A stretch of 64,000 bases of DNA, from NCBI RefSeq assembly GCF_044361985.1, contig NZ_JBIKHV010000008.1:737-64736 (forward strand), in the 5' to 3' direction. This DNA is from Limnohabitans sp. Lineage in GTDB: Bacteria; Pseudomonadota; Gammaproteobacteria; Burkholderiales; Burkholderiaceae_C. Position 1 is the stretch's first letter. Each line of letters starts with the position of its first letter. Positions 1 through 9,150 of the stretch are shown one piece after another. The notes under the pieces were generated by a model. That model searched no databases and had not been told where the DNA came from. It was given only the letters and a program-made list of their open reading frames with translations. Position numbers and translations under genes: made by a program.

Positions 1-857
1 GGCAATGTCTTGACCTGCCGGACTAAAGCGCTCACCACACTACTCGTGTCTTTCCCGGCGACATGCACCAACATGACATATCGGGAATGCCTTTCGACTA
101 GCGTTGCAATATGACTATTTTTTGAGCCAGTGGTCAAGTCACCTTCCCAGTGTCCGGGAATTGCTCGGTCCTCGACCTCAGCAGGACGCTCGCTAATTGA
201 GACCGCATCAACGATCTGCCCACGTGGTTGCCCTGCAGTTGTTGAGTGCTTTCCGCGTCGCATCATGCACCGGCTTCGTAGGTGAGAGATCAACGCTTTA
301 TTCAGAATCCCTCGAGCCTGAATGAATAGGCTTCGGTAGATCGTTTCATGGGATAACTGCATAGCACTGTCATTTTGATACGTGCGCTTCAACCATCCTG
401 CGATTTGCTGCGGCGACCAATCTTCTTGCAGCTTTTGTGCAACGATCTCCCGCAGACTGCTATTTCCAGCCAGAACACATTGCTTTGGGCGCAGGGTTCG
501 CTCCCATGCGCGCGCATCTGAGATGGCTGCGCGATAGGCGCACCTGCCGCCATTGCGGGCGATCTCACGGCTGACAGTAGAAGGAGAGAGACCGAGTTGC
601 TTAGCCAATTGGCGCATAGAGTCTCCAGCCATCAAGCCTCTTGAGATCTCTTCTCGTTGCTCAAGTGTCAAGCTATGCGCGCATCTGGTCCTAGTGCGGG
701 GCACGATTCCACCGTTTGTCGACAGCACGCCATGAATTGATTCGGGGTGCTTTCCAAGGGCTCGGCCGATCTCCGTTAAAGATTGGCCATCTTTCCATCT
801 CGACTACAGATCTTTATTCTGCTTTGCAGAAAGTCCCGGCCTACCCATTTGCGCCAT
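1..857 (-). pseudogene. IS30-family transposase with an in-frame TAG at codon 18; runs off the window start
   Basis: Minus-strand translation from ATG 857: MAQMGRPGLSAKQNKDL*SRWKDGQSLTEIGRALG...EQREEISRGL...SPSTVSREIARNGG...IPGHWEGDL, the IS30 HTH and GHWEGD motifs. TAG at 804-806. Confidence 0.85.
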
Positions 858-920
858 ATTGAGCTCCTTCGAAACCAACATTCAATCAGATTGGTGTTGC
901 GTCGACCGGTTGAACTCAAG
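1..920 (-). mobile_element. IS30-family element (partial), terminal IR near 893-920
   Basis: GGTGTTGCGTCGACCGGTTGAACTC upstream of the transposase resembles IS30-family ends. Confidence 0.65.
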
Positions 921-934
921 ATGCCGTCAGCAGG

Positions 935-2101
935 CTATGACTGCAACTCAGAAAGAACTTCATCCGTGTGTTCACCCAAATCAGGTAGGCGGCCTGGAAC
1001 TCGGCAAAATCCATCGAGGTTCATGGGCAGACCGGGAATGAATACGGCCTTCCGTTGACCGGAGACGACTTCGACAAAAAGATCGTCTGACACGCCCGCT
1101 TGACCAGGTTTGACTTGGGCCATGTTTCGAACAACGCCAGCTACGACACCGCCCTGGTTAAGTAATTCGCAAAATGTCTCTGAGGGCATCTTTTTCAACA
1201 AGTCTCCCAATATCTGCAACAGTTCAACACGGTGCTTCACGCGTGCCTGGTTGTTAGAAAATCTGGGGTCCATGATCAACTCGGGCTTCCCGATCACTTG
1301 GCACAATTTGGAAAAGTGGTCTTGTGTATAGGCCGAAAGAACCACCTGACCATCTTGTGTGTTTAAAACATCAGCCGCAGGAGCCATACTGGGTTGCCCA
1401 TTGCCCTTGCGTAACGGCATCACATCGCTTAAACGGTATTCTGCCCAGGCATTGGAAATGGATGCAACGGCCACATCAATGAGCGATACATCAACTAAAC
1501 CGCCCTTGCCCGTGCGCACCCTGCGGAGAAGCGCGGCCAATACCCCATTTGTGAGTGTTTGGCTCGCAAGAGTATCTACCACCGTAAACCCAACCCGAAG
1601 CGGATCGCGACCCGACTCTCCGTTAAGGCTCATCATCCCGCTTTCAGCTTGTGCAGCAATGTCCAGCCCCGGGCGAGTACTCGCCAGACCACTTCGCCCA
1701 AACCCACTCACCTGTCCATACACAAGCCGAGGGGCAAGCGCCAGCAGTCGGGCTGAACCCAGTCCTTGTTTTTCCATAGAGGCAGGCCGTGCATTTTGCA
1801 AAACAACATCCGCGCTGAGAGCAAGTTTTAGCGCATTGTCACGCCCAAGCTCTGAACGAAGATCCAGAACAACCGAACGCTTCCCCCGGTTGTAGGCGGT
1901 GAACATGGGGCCGGCCAAATCACTGGTCCAACCCGAATGGCGAGCAGGATCACCGGACGGCGCCTCGATCTTGATGACATCCGCCCCCAGATCAGCAAGC
2001 ACCTGTGCCGCAGCGGGTACCGCAATAAATTGTCCAAACTCGATGACCCTCAATCCACTTAATGGCAAAGGTGAATTTTCGTTATTGGATATGGACATCA
2101 C
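935..2101 (-). CDS. CoA transferase family III (CaiB/BaiF)
   Basis: PLSGLRVIE..QFIAVP..LADLGADVIKIE..GDPAR; NRGKRSVVLDL; AQAESGMMS. Confidence 0.93.
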   Translation of the reverse strand: MMSISNNENSPLPLSGLRVIEFGQFIAVPAAAQVLADLGADVIKIEAPSGDPARHSGWTSDLAGPMFTAYNRGKRSVVLDLRSELGRDNALKLALSADVVLQNARPASMEKQGLGSARLLALAPRLVYGQVSGFGRSGLASTRPGLDIAAQAESGMMSLNGESGRDPLRVGFTVVDTLASQTLTNGVLAALLRRVRTGKGGLVDVSLIDVAVASISNAWAEYRLSDVMPLRKGNGQPSMAPAADVLNTQDGQVVLSAYTQDHFSKLCQVIGKPELIMDPRFSNNQARVKHRVELLQILGDLLKKMPSETFCELLNQGGVVAGVVRNMAQVKPGQAGVSDDLFVEVVSGQRKAVFIPGLPMNLDGFCRVPGRLPDLGEHTDEVLSELQS

Positions 2102-2137
2102 CGCTCCAATGGCTACATGAATTGACGGTTGAATAGC

Positions 2138-3304
2138 TCATAAAGCCCTACCAGCATCAGCAGCAGCCAAGGTGCGCTTGGCAATGTTGATCAGATGAAT
2201 CTGGGACGTTCCTTCGTAAAGTCTAAAGAGTCTGACGTCCCGATAAAAGCGTTCCGCCACGTTGTCTGCAATGTAACCGCCACCTCCAAACACCTGAAGA
2301 GCCCGGTCAGCCACTTTGCCGCAAACCTCCGACGCAAACAGTTTGCACATTGAGGCTTCCATCGTGACATCGCCCCCTGCATCCCGCTTTCTGGCAGTTT
2401 CCAGAACGAGGGCGCGGGCAGCATGAACCTCGGTATTGCTTTCGGCAATCATTTGTTGAACAAGTTGGAACTCTCCAATCGACTTCCCAAACTGTTCCCG
2501 GGTCCGGGCACGGTTGACCATTTCTGACACCAAACGGAGGGCCGGTCCGACACATAAGCCCGCCAGATTGATCCGCTGCTTGTTAAGTGTCTTCATTGCC
2601 GTTCGGAAACCCTGCCCTTCAACACCACCGATGATCGCGCTGGCGGGTACACGCACTTGCTCTAGTAGCACCTCGCCAACCGGGGAGCCATGTTGACCTA
2701 GTTTGCGGTAAGCAGGAGGCGTGCTTAAACCTGCTGTCCCTCGTTCAATCAAGAAAGCGGAAATGCCATTTGCACCCGTGCTGTAAGGATCTGTGCGCGC
2801 AAAGACGGTAACAAGATCGGCAATCGGGGCATTGGTGATGTAGCATTTTTTCCCTGTGATGATGAAGTCATCACCCGTTCTGAGCGCCATGGTTTTTAAC
2901 GCTGTCGCATCCGACCCAGCTTCATGTTCTGTCAGTGCAAAACAACCCGTCACTCGCCCGCTGGCAAGCAGCGGAAGCCATCGTTCTTTTTGCTCGGGCG
3001 TACCATCCACGATCAGCGACTCTGATGCGATGCCTGTGTTTCCCCCAAAACGTGCACGAAATGCAGTAGCCACCTGTGAAACCTCTATGTTCACCATGGC
3101 CAACTCCTCTGTTGTCAGGCCCGCACCACCATAAATTTCAGGGATGCTGTGCCCAAACAATCCCATAACGCGCATCCGGTCAACGAGTTCTTCGGGAATC
3201 TCGTCGTTTCGATCCACCATCTCTTCTAGGGGAAGGCACTCGGCACGGACAAAATTCCTGATCGAAGCCAGGAATTGTTGAAAATTTTCAGGGTTTCGGA
3301 TCAT
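2138..3304 (-). CDS. acyl-CoA dehydrogenase
   Basis: CFALTEHEAGSDA, GKKCYITNAP, REQFGK, QVFGGGG, LYEGTSQI. Confidence 0.95.
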   Translation of the reverse strand: MIRNPENFQQFLASIRNFVRAECLPLEEMVDRNDEIPEELVDRMRVMGLFGHSIPEIYGGAGLTTEELAMVNIEVSQVATAFRARFGGNTGIASESLIVDGTPEQKERWLPLLASGRVTGCFALTEHEAGSDATALKTMALRTGDDFIITGKKCYITNAPIADLVTVFARTDPYSTGANGISAFLIERGTAGLSTPPAYRKLGQHGSPVGEVLLEQVRVPASAIIGGVEGQGFRTAMKTLNKQRINLAGLCVGPALRLVSEMVNRARTREQFGKSIGEFQLVQQMIAESNTEVHAARALVLETARKRDAGGDVTMEASMCKLFASEVCGKVADRALQVFGGGGYIADNVAERFYRDVRLFRLYEGTSQIHLINIAKRTLAAADAGRAL

Positions 3305-3394
3305 CTAGGTTGATTCTTGAGCAAGAGATTCAGTTAACTCAAATAGTTGAGTGCAGACAATGCATCCAGACTGGACATGGCCTGAGCACACGAA

Positions 3395-4168
3395 TCAGTA
3401 AGTGTTGGCAAGAGTGGCCTTGAGAAAACCACCATCAACCACCAGATCCTGACCATTGATATAACTCGAAGCATCACTGGCAAAAAAAGCGACAGCGCCT
3501 GCAACGTCATCAGGCTGCCCAATCTTGCGCAAGGGGATTTTTGCCACTCGCTGGTTATGCACGTTTTCATCCCGGTAATGCGCTTCGGACAAGGGCGTTC
3601 GTATCATTCCGGGACTGACTGAATTTGTGCGAATGCCACGTGGGCCCCACTCAACGGCCATTTGATGCGTGAGTCCTATTACGCCTGCTTTTGCAGTGCC
3701 GTAGGCACCTACTCGGGTAGCTACCTGCGCAGCAATTGAAGCGATGTTGATGATGCTTCCGTTGCCCCGTTGGAACATCATAGGGACCATGGCCTGAGCA
3801 CACAGCAATGCGCCGCGAAGGTTGATGGTCAACATCTGATCCCAAAGTTCTATAGGAAAATTTTCTAATGCAACGGGAGCCGCGCTGATAGCAGCGTTAT
3901 TGACCAGAACGTCGCACCTGCCAAAATGTCCACGGACAAAATCCGCCATGGCTTGCACGGATTCTGGTTTGGCAATATCACATTCAATTTTCAAGCGTCG
4001 CTCAGGTTGCAGTGTTTCATCCGTAAAAGCGATATCGGCCTCCACCACAACTGCACCCATCGCATAAAGACGATTGACGATGGCATTGCCAATACCGCCT
4101 GATGCACCTGTCACGACCGCCACACAGCCTTTTAGTGCACCACCATCGAATGTCTTTTTTGTACTCAT
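3395..4168 (-). CDS. SDR family oxidoreductase
   Basis: TGASGGIG, NNAA, YGTAK, IRTNSVSPG. Confidence 0.93.
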   Translation of the reverse strand: MSTKKTFDGGALKGCVAVVTGASGGIGNAIVNRLYAMGAVVVEADIAFTDETLQPERRLKIECDIAKPESVQAMADFVRGHFGRCDVLVNNAAISAAPVALENFPIELWDQMLTINLRGALLCAQAMVPMMFQRGNGSIINIASIAAQVATRVGAYGTAKAGVIGLTHQMAVEWGPRGIRTNSVSPGMIRTPLSEAHYRDENVHNQRVAKIPLRKIGQPDDVAGAVAFFASDASSYINGQDLVVDGGFLKATLANTY

Positions 4169-4248
4169 GACGAAACCTCAAAGTATCGTTTCAAGCATGA
4201 TTTTTTCCATAAAAAAGGCGCCTGCACGAGAAGTATCTTCTGACTTTT

Positions 4249-5040
4249 TCAAACCACAGCAGCAATGCGGTGTGTTGCTGCATTGAAATGAACAACGGGT
4301 GTTGCTTTAGAGCAGGCTGTTTTGCGCACCTTGCCAACGATCAGGTGATGTGTCCCCAGTGCTTGAGTCCAAACAATATCGCACTCCAGACTGGCCATCG
4401 CATCCGACAAGACTGGCCGCTGATACGCTCCCTGTGTCCAACTCCCTATTGAAAATCGAGTTGGCCCTTGGGGTGATCGCAAGAAATTTGACATCACGTC
4501 GTGATGCTCTTCCCCAAGAACATTGGCTACAAAACCACCGCTTTGTAGCAAAGGATCAATGAACGAAGAGGTTTGATGTGCAAAAAAACAAATCATGGGC
4601 GGCTCGGCAGAAACCGAGGTCAGACTAGAAACAATCATGCCAGCAATATCGTGACCTTGGCCGGTTGTGACGGCACAGATGCCTGAGGGCAACGCCCGCA
4701 TGGCTTCCTTGAAATCGGCAACAGAGACCAATGTATCGATTGATTCTTTCACCAAATGAACCCGAATATCGCCCTGTTCATTCACCCAACCATGGTGAAC
4801 TGCATGAGCCATCATGCGAGCAAAGCCCTCTTCCCAATCGGCGTGCCCGCCCATTCCCGACATGAAACGCAGCACAGATGGCGCTACGCGTATGTGTTGC
4901 TCATCTTCACGATAACCGAGGCTGCATATGGACTTTTCCAGCATTTCAGTGGATTGCGGGTCTACCAAAACATCCAGACGCCGAAAGTCAGATGATTCGT
5001 TGAGCCGAACGTAACCCGCATTGGAAAGATGAATTCTCAT
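4249..5040 (-). CDS. flavin reductase (HpaC/RutF-like) with ~100-aa N-terminal extension
   Basis: C-terminal FKEAMRALPSG..SLTSVSAEPP..GTHHLIVG; adjacent to an LLM gene. Confidence 0.85.
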   Translation of the reverse strand: MRIHLSNAGYVRLNESSDFRRLDVLVDPQSTEMLEKSICSLGYREDEQHIRVAPSVLRFMSGMGGHADWEEGFARMMAHAVHHGWVNEQGDIRVHLVKESIDTLVSVADFKEAMRALPSGICAVTTGQGHDIAGMIVSSLTSVSAEPPMICFFAHQTSSFIDPLLQSGGFVANVLGEEHHDVMSNFLRSPQGPTRFSIGSWTQGAYQRPVLSDAMASLECDIVWTQALGTHHLIVGKVRKTACSKATPVVHFNAATHRIAAVV

Positions 5041-5050
5041 CCTGGCTGCC

Positions 5051-6115
5051 TCAAGCGGCCACCGTCAGCTCAGCCAATTCCTTACGGATAGCAGGAATGA
5101 TCTTTGCTCCCCAGAGCTCGATTTGCTTGAGCATGGTCTTTTGATCAAAATCCCCAAGCTGTGTCTGAATCGCAATGGTCTTGGGCTTGAGAATACTGAT
5201 TTCCTGCAGCATTTTGTCGATGACCTGGTTGACGGATCCCACGGGCAAGTTATGTCGCATTTCGTCAAAACTCAACTCTGTCGAAGAAGGAACCTCTTGC
5301 ACCATATAGCCATCTTCGGTCTGCGCACGGCGGAACTTCAGGCTCTCGGATATGCGTCGTTGGAAGCGCGCATTATCCAAATATGAATCAACTTCGGCTT
5401 TTTTATCGGAGGCATAAGCGCAACGCAACAAGCCAAAATTCACATCGTTATCGAGATTTTTGCCATTGTCCTCAGCCACTTTGTCCAATCGCGCGCGAAG
5501 ACTCGTCATGGCCTCATTGCCCCCCAGCAAGGCCGTTACAAACAAATTGTGGTTCTCGCGGACGCCCCGTCCCAAGGTCACGGGGTTGCCCGAAGTGATC
5601 CAAATAGGTGGTGCTGGCTGCTGAATGCAGCGTACTGCGATGGAACTTGGCGGAATATCAAGATATTTACCGTGGTACTCGAATGTCTTCTGGGACAACC
5701 CCATAGGCAGAACGTCCAAGAATTCATTGAATATGGCCCCAGAATCGGCAATGTTGACGCCAAACCGCTCGAACTCAAATTCTTGATAGCCTGAGCCCAC
5801 GCCCAAATCGAGCCGCCCATTAGAGACAGTGTCGACGAAACCAATTTCAGCCAGCAGACGTGCCGGATGGTACAGCGGCAAAATGCACACCGCAGTCCCA
5901 AGCCGAATTTTCTTGGTTTTTGCCGCCACATGCGCAATGGTCATGAGCGGAGAGGGGGACAGGGAGTAATTGTTGAAATGGTGCTCGGCATACCAAGCTG
6001 AACCGAACCCGGCCTGCTCAGCCATCACTGTCTGTTCGATGGAGTTATGAATCACCTGCTGTGAAGTCTGGTGATAACCACGTTGCTGAGCCAGAAGAAA
6101 AACACCAAATTCCAT
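5051..6115 (-). CDS. luciferase-like (LLM) flavin-dependent monooxygenase
   Basis: MEFGVF..AEQAGFGSAWYAEHHF..IRLGTAV..GRLDLGVGSGY; start moved to ATG 6115, which has an AAGGAG RBS. Confidence 0.92.
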   Translation of the reverse strand: MEFGVFLLAQQRGYHQTSQQVIHNSIEQTVMAEQAGFGSAWYAEHHFNNYSLSPSPLMTIAHVAAKTKKIRLGTAVCILPLYHPARLLAEIGFVDTVSNGRLDLGVGSGYQEFEFERFGVNIADSGAIFNEFLDVLPMGLSQKTFEYHGKYLDIPPSSIAVRCIQQPAPPIWITSGNPVTLGRGVRENHNLFVTALLGGNEAMTSLRARLDKVAEDNGKNLDNDVNFGLLRCAYASDKKAEVDSYLDNARFQRRISESLKFRRAQTEDGYMVQEVPSSTELSFDEMRHNLPVGSVNQVIDKMLQEISILKPKTIAIQTQLGDFDQKTMLKQIELWGAKIIPAIRKELAELTVAA

Positions 6116-6199
6116 GACTGTCTCCTTTAAAATGAATCTTCTCAATGTTGCAAATTTTAGAAGTGCAATGCCTGCTTGAGAATGCACAGAAATCGACAA

Positions 6200-6215
6200 A
6201 CTGTTCTGCAAAAAA
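6200..6215. promoter_or_regulatory. putative LysR site shared with 8168-8183
   Basis: ACTGTTCTGCAAAAAA here vs ACTGTTCTGCATAAAA (minus strand, 8168-8183), 15/16 identical; both lie in divergent intergenic regions. Confidence 0.45.
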
Positions 6216-6225
6216 GTGAGGATTT

Positions 6226-7188
6226 ATGGATCGCCTGCGTGCTATGGAGTTATTTCTTTCTGTATCCCACACCAAAAGTTTTTCTGAAACCGCTCGTCAT
6301 TTCGGAATTTCAGCAACTGCTGTTTCACGCATGATTGCAGATATAGAAGAGACACTGAAAGTCAAACTTCTGCTGCGCTCCACCCGCCAAATCATGCTCA
6401 CGGAATCCGGTATGGAATACGCTCGGCACCTGGAAAGCATCCTGAGCAGCATCCACGAGGCACACACGAACATAACGGCCATAAGACAAGCGCCTAAAGG
6501 AACCCTGCGCGTGCATTCCCGCACGATGTTCGGGGTTCGGGTGCTGCCCTTGTTGATTTCCCGATTTAGAAGTCAATACCCGGACATCAAGATCGAGCTG
6601 ACACTGTCCGAGACCCCCGCCGACCTTCGGCAAGGGCTCATTGACATGGATTTCCGGATTACCCCCCCAGTGGAAGCCGGCGTCAAAAGACGCATCTTGT
6701 TCAAAATTGAGCGGTATCTGGTGGCTTCGCCAGAATATTTGTTATCGCATCCAGCCCCTGAAGTGCCCTTGGACCTCCTTAAACACAACTGTCTGGCCTA
6801 TATGCTTCCCGGCGTTTCATACACCTGGAATTTCCGAAAGGCAGACCATTTTGAGGAACAAACTTTCACGCCCCATCAACTCACCAACAATGGGCTCGCA
6901 TTACTGGAATTGGCCCGACTTGGAGAAGGCATCGCCCTACTGGATGACTACATTGTTCATCGCGATCTGGCGCGCGGAACCTTGGTTCATGTGCTGCCTG
7001 AGTATCAAGCAAACAACACCAGCATGGAAGCCGGGATGTACGCCACGATTTCCGACACTTCCCTGATTCCAGCCAAGATTCAACTATTTATGGATTTCGT
7101 CGCGGCCCAATTGTCCGGGGAGGGAAACCGCTTTGATATCCTGGAAAACGACCTCTCCCGTCTGGTGCGTCAACCCAATGAAGGCTGA
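6226..7188 (+). CDS. LysR family regulator (CrgA-like)
   Basis: MDRLRAMELF..SFSETA..LLLRSTRQIMLTESG; PKGTLRV. Confidence 0.95.
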   Translation: MDRLRAMELFLSVSHTKSFSETARHFGISATAVSRMIADIEETLKVKLLLRSTRQIMLTESGMEYARHLESILSSIHEAHTNITAIRQAPKGTLRVHSRTMFGVRVLPLLISRFRSQYPDIKIELTLSETPADLRQGLIDMDFRITPPVEAGVKRRILFKIERYLVASPEYLLSHPAPEVPLDLLKHNCLAYMLPGVSYTWNFRKADHFEEQTFTPHQLTNNGLALLELARLGEGIALLDDYIVHRDLARGTLVHVLPEYQANNTSMEAGMYATISDTSLIPAKIQLFMDFVAAQLSGEGNRFDILENDLSRLVRQPNEG

Positions 7189-8099
7189 ATTCGGCAAATA
7201 GGACGTTCGACACCCTGAAATCCCAATCCGCGCAAGCGCAGCACATGACCATCCCATGGACCATCTGCTCGCAAACGACCACTGTCACTGATCGATGTAA
7301 CGAAGAGGTCTGTCATCTCATCGCCGCCAAAGCAGAGCGCAGTAGGATGGGTCAGCGGTACGCGCACTAAATGGGTTAGTTGCCCATGGTCATCAAAACG
7401 CGCCAATTGTCCCTTGCGAACCAGGGCAGTCCAGAGTCCTCCCTTGGCATCGAAACAACAACCATCTGGTGAAGACTCAAGTGCTTGCGTATCCACAAAT
7501 ATTTGTCGTCCCCAGTGCTCCTCATCAGTATGGGTGTACCTATAAATTTGACGGGCTTCACTGTCTGCGACATGGATCACTCCTGTAAATGGGTGCGCAA
7601 CCGGACCATTTACGACCCCAAGACCTCGGTCAATACAGCTCATATGCCCATCGGTCTCCACCATGTACAAGCCACCCAACGCCTTCTCCCCAGGTAGACG
7701 GAAGGTGTGCATTGTGCCGACCAAAAATCGGCCATCCGGAAGCGCTGCACCATCGTTAAACCTTAAGTTGGGGTGCTGCTCATCAAGACGCCCAAGACGC
7801 TGAATCTGGCCGGTTTCAGGGTCAAGCAGAGCAATCTCCTCTTTGAGCGCAACAACCAGTCGCCCATCCATGTTGAAGGCCACACTGCCGAGGGGTGCAG
7901 GCAATTCCAACTGAACATGCGATCCCGTGCGCGTATGCTTTTTATGGATCACACCTCGTCGGCAATCTAGCCACCAAACCGACTCGGTTCGCACATCCCA
8001 AAGTGGGCACTCACCCAACGCAGATTTCTCATGACTGAAGCAGTGAATTTCATCGGGGATCAGAAATTGCGCGTTTTCCTGGTGGTCAGGGCGTGTCAT
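7170..8099 (-). CDS. SMP-30/gluconolactonase family protein
   Basis: LGECPLWD, RFNDG, NGP, PDGCCFD, PTALCFGG, LFVTS. Confidence 0.92.
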   Translation of the reverse strand: MTRPDHQENAQFLIPDEIHCFSHEKSALGECPLWDVRTESVWWLDCRRGVIHKKHTRTGSHVQLELPAPLGSVAFNMDGRLVVALKEEIALLDPETGQIQRLGRLDEQHPNLRFNDGAALPDGRFLVGTMHTFRLPGEKALGGLYMVETDGHMSCIDRGLGVVNGPVAHPFTGVIHVADSEARQIYRYTHTDEEHWGRQIFVDTQALESSPDGCCFDAKGGLWTALVRKGQLARFDDHGQLTHLVRVPLTHPTALCFGGDEMTDLFVTSISDSGRLRADGPWDGHVLRLRGLGFQGVERPICRIQPSLG

Positions 8100-8376
8100 G
8101 GTTTTAAAAAATATGCTCTTGGATCATGCATTTAATCTTAGTGGCCTCGACCCACTGGACTGCATATTTTTATGCAGAACAGTCTCAAGTATTCAGCTGG
8201 AATTGTGAGCAGCATCCTCCCTAAAATTCATCCAAACTACTCAACACAGCAGCCCGAAAATCTGGCAACAGGAGACATATTTTGACAATTAATCCCATGG
8301 TGAAAACCGCCGCACTCAGCCTGGACATCCTCCAGGATTTCGATCTTCCAATTTCCAACACAAACGGAGGTGTCGC

Positions 8377-9147
8377 ATGAGCGAAAAATGCGTACGGATG
8401 GACGTCAATAACAAAGTCGCATTGGTCACGCTGGATCGGCCTCCCGTGAACGCCCTTAATAGGGAAATGCGATATCAACTCGTCGCTGTATTTGATGAAA
8501 TATCTGCCCGTGAGGACATTATGTGCGCCGTACTCACAGGCAACGGCAGTGTTTTTTGTGCAGGGGCCGACCTGAAGGACAGACCGAACAACGATATTCC
8601 AGGCGATTTCCTGGAACACAACCGCATCACCCGTGAAACGGGGAATGCCATCCGGGAATGCGCCAAGCCAGTGATTGCCGCAGTCAATGGCGCAGCACTT
8701 GGCGCTGGTTTGGGTTTGGCGGCCTCTTGTGACATTCTTTACGCCTCGGAAAATGCCACTTTCGGGATGCCCGAAATCAATGTCGGCCTGGCCGGGGGCG
8801 CATCCATGCTGCGCACCTTGTTTGGGCGATCGACTGCCCGACGCATGTTCTTCACCGGGCAAAGGCTCACAGCAGCAGATTTGCTACGCCGCAACGTCAT
8901 TGAGGATGTACTTCCCATCGAACAACTGTTGCCGGTGACCATGGAGTTGGCCTATGAAATCGCCTCAAAAGCTCCATTGGCACTGATTTACGCTAAGCGC
9001 GCGGCCAATATGGTTGATGTCATGCCGCAACGTGATGCCTACCGTTTCGAGCAGGAATTCACCATGGCGCTGTCCAAGACAGAAGATGCCCGTGAGGCAC
9101 GTTTGGCCTTTATCGAAAAAAGAGCCCCTCAATTCAAAGGCCGCTGA
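8377..9147 (+). CDS. enoyl-CoA hydratase/isomerase
   Basis: RPPVNAL, FCAGADL, AVNGAALGAG, FGMPEINVG. Confidence 0.95.
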   Translation: MSEKCVRMDVNNKVALVTLDRPPVNALNREMRYQLVAVFDEISAREDIMCAVLTGNGSVFCAGADLKDRPNNDIPGDFLEHNRITRETGNAIRECAKPVIAAVNGAALGAGLGLAASCDILYASENATFGMPEINVGLAGGASMLRTLFGRSTARRMFFTGQRLTAADLLRRNVIEDVLPIEQLLPVTMELAYEIASKAPLALIYAKRAANMVDVMPQRDAYRFEQEFTMALSKTEDAREARLAFIEKRAPQFKGR

Positions 9148-9150
9148 GCC

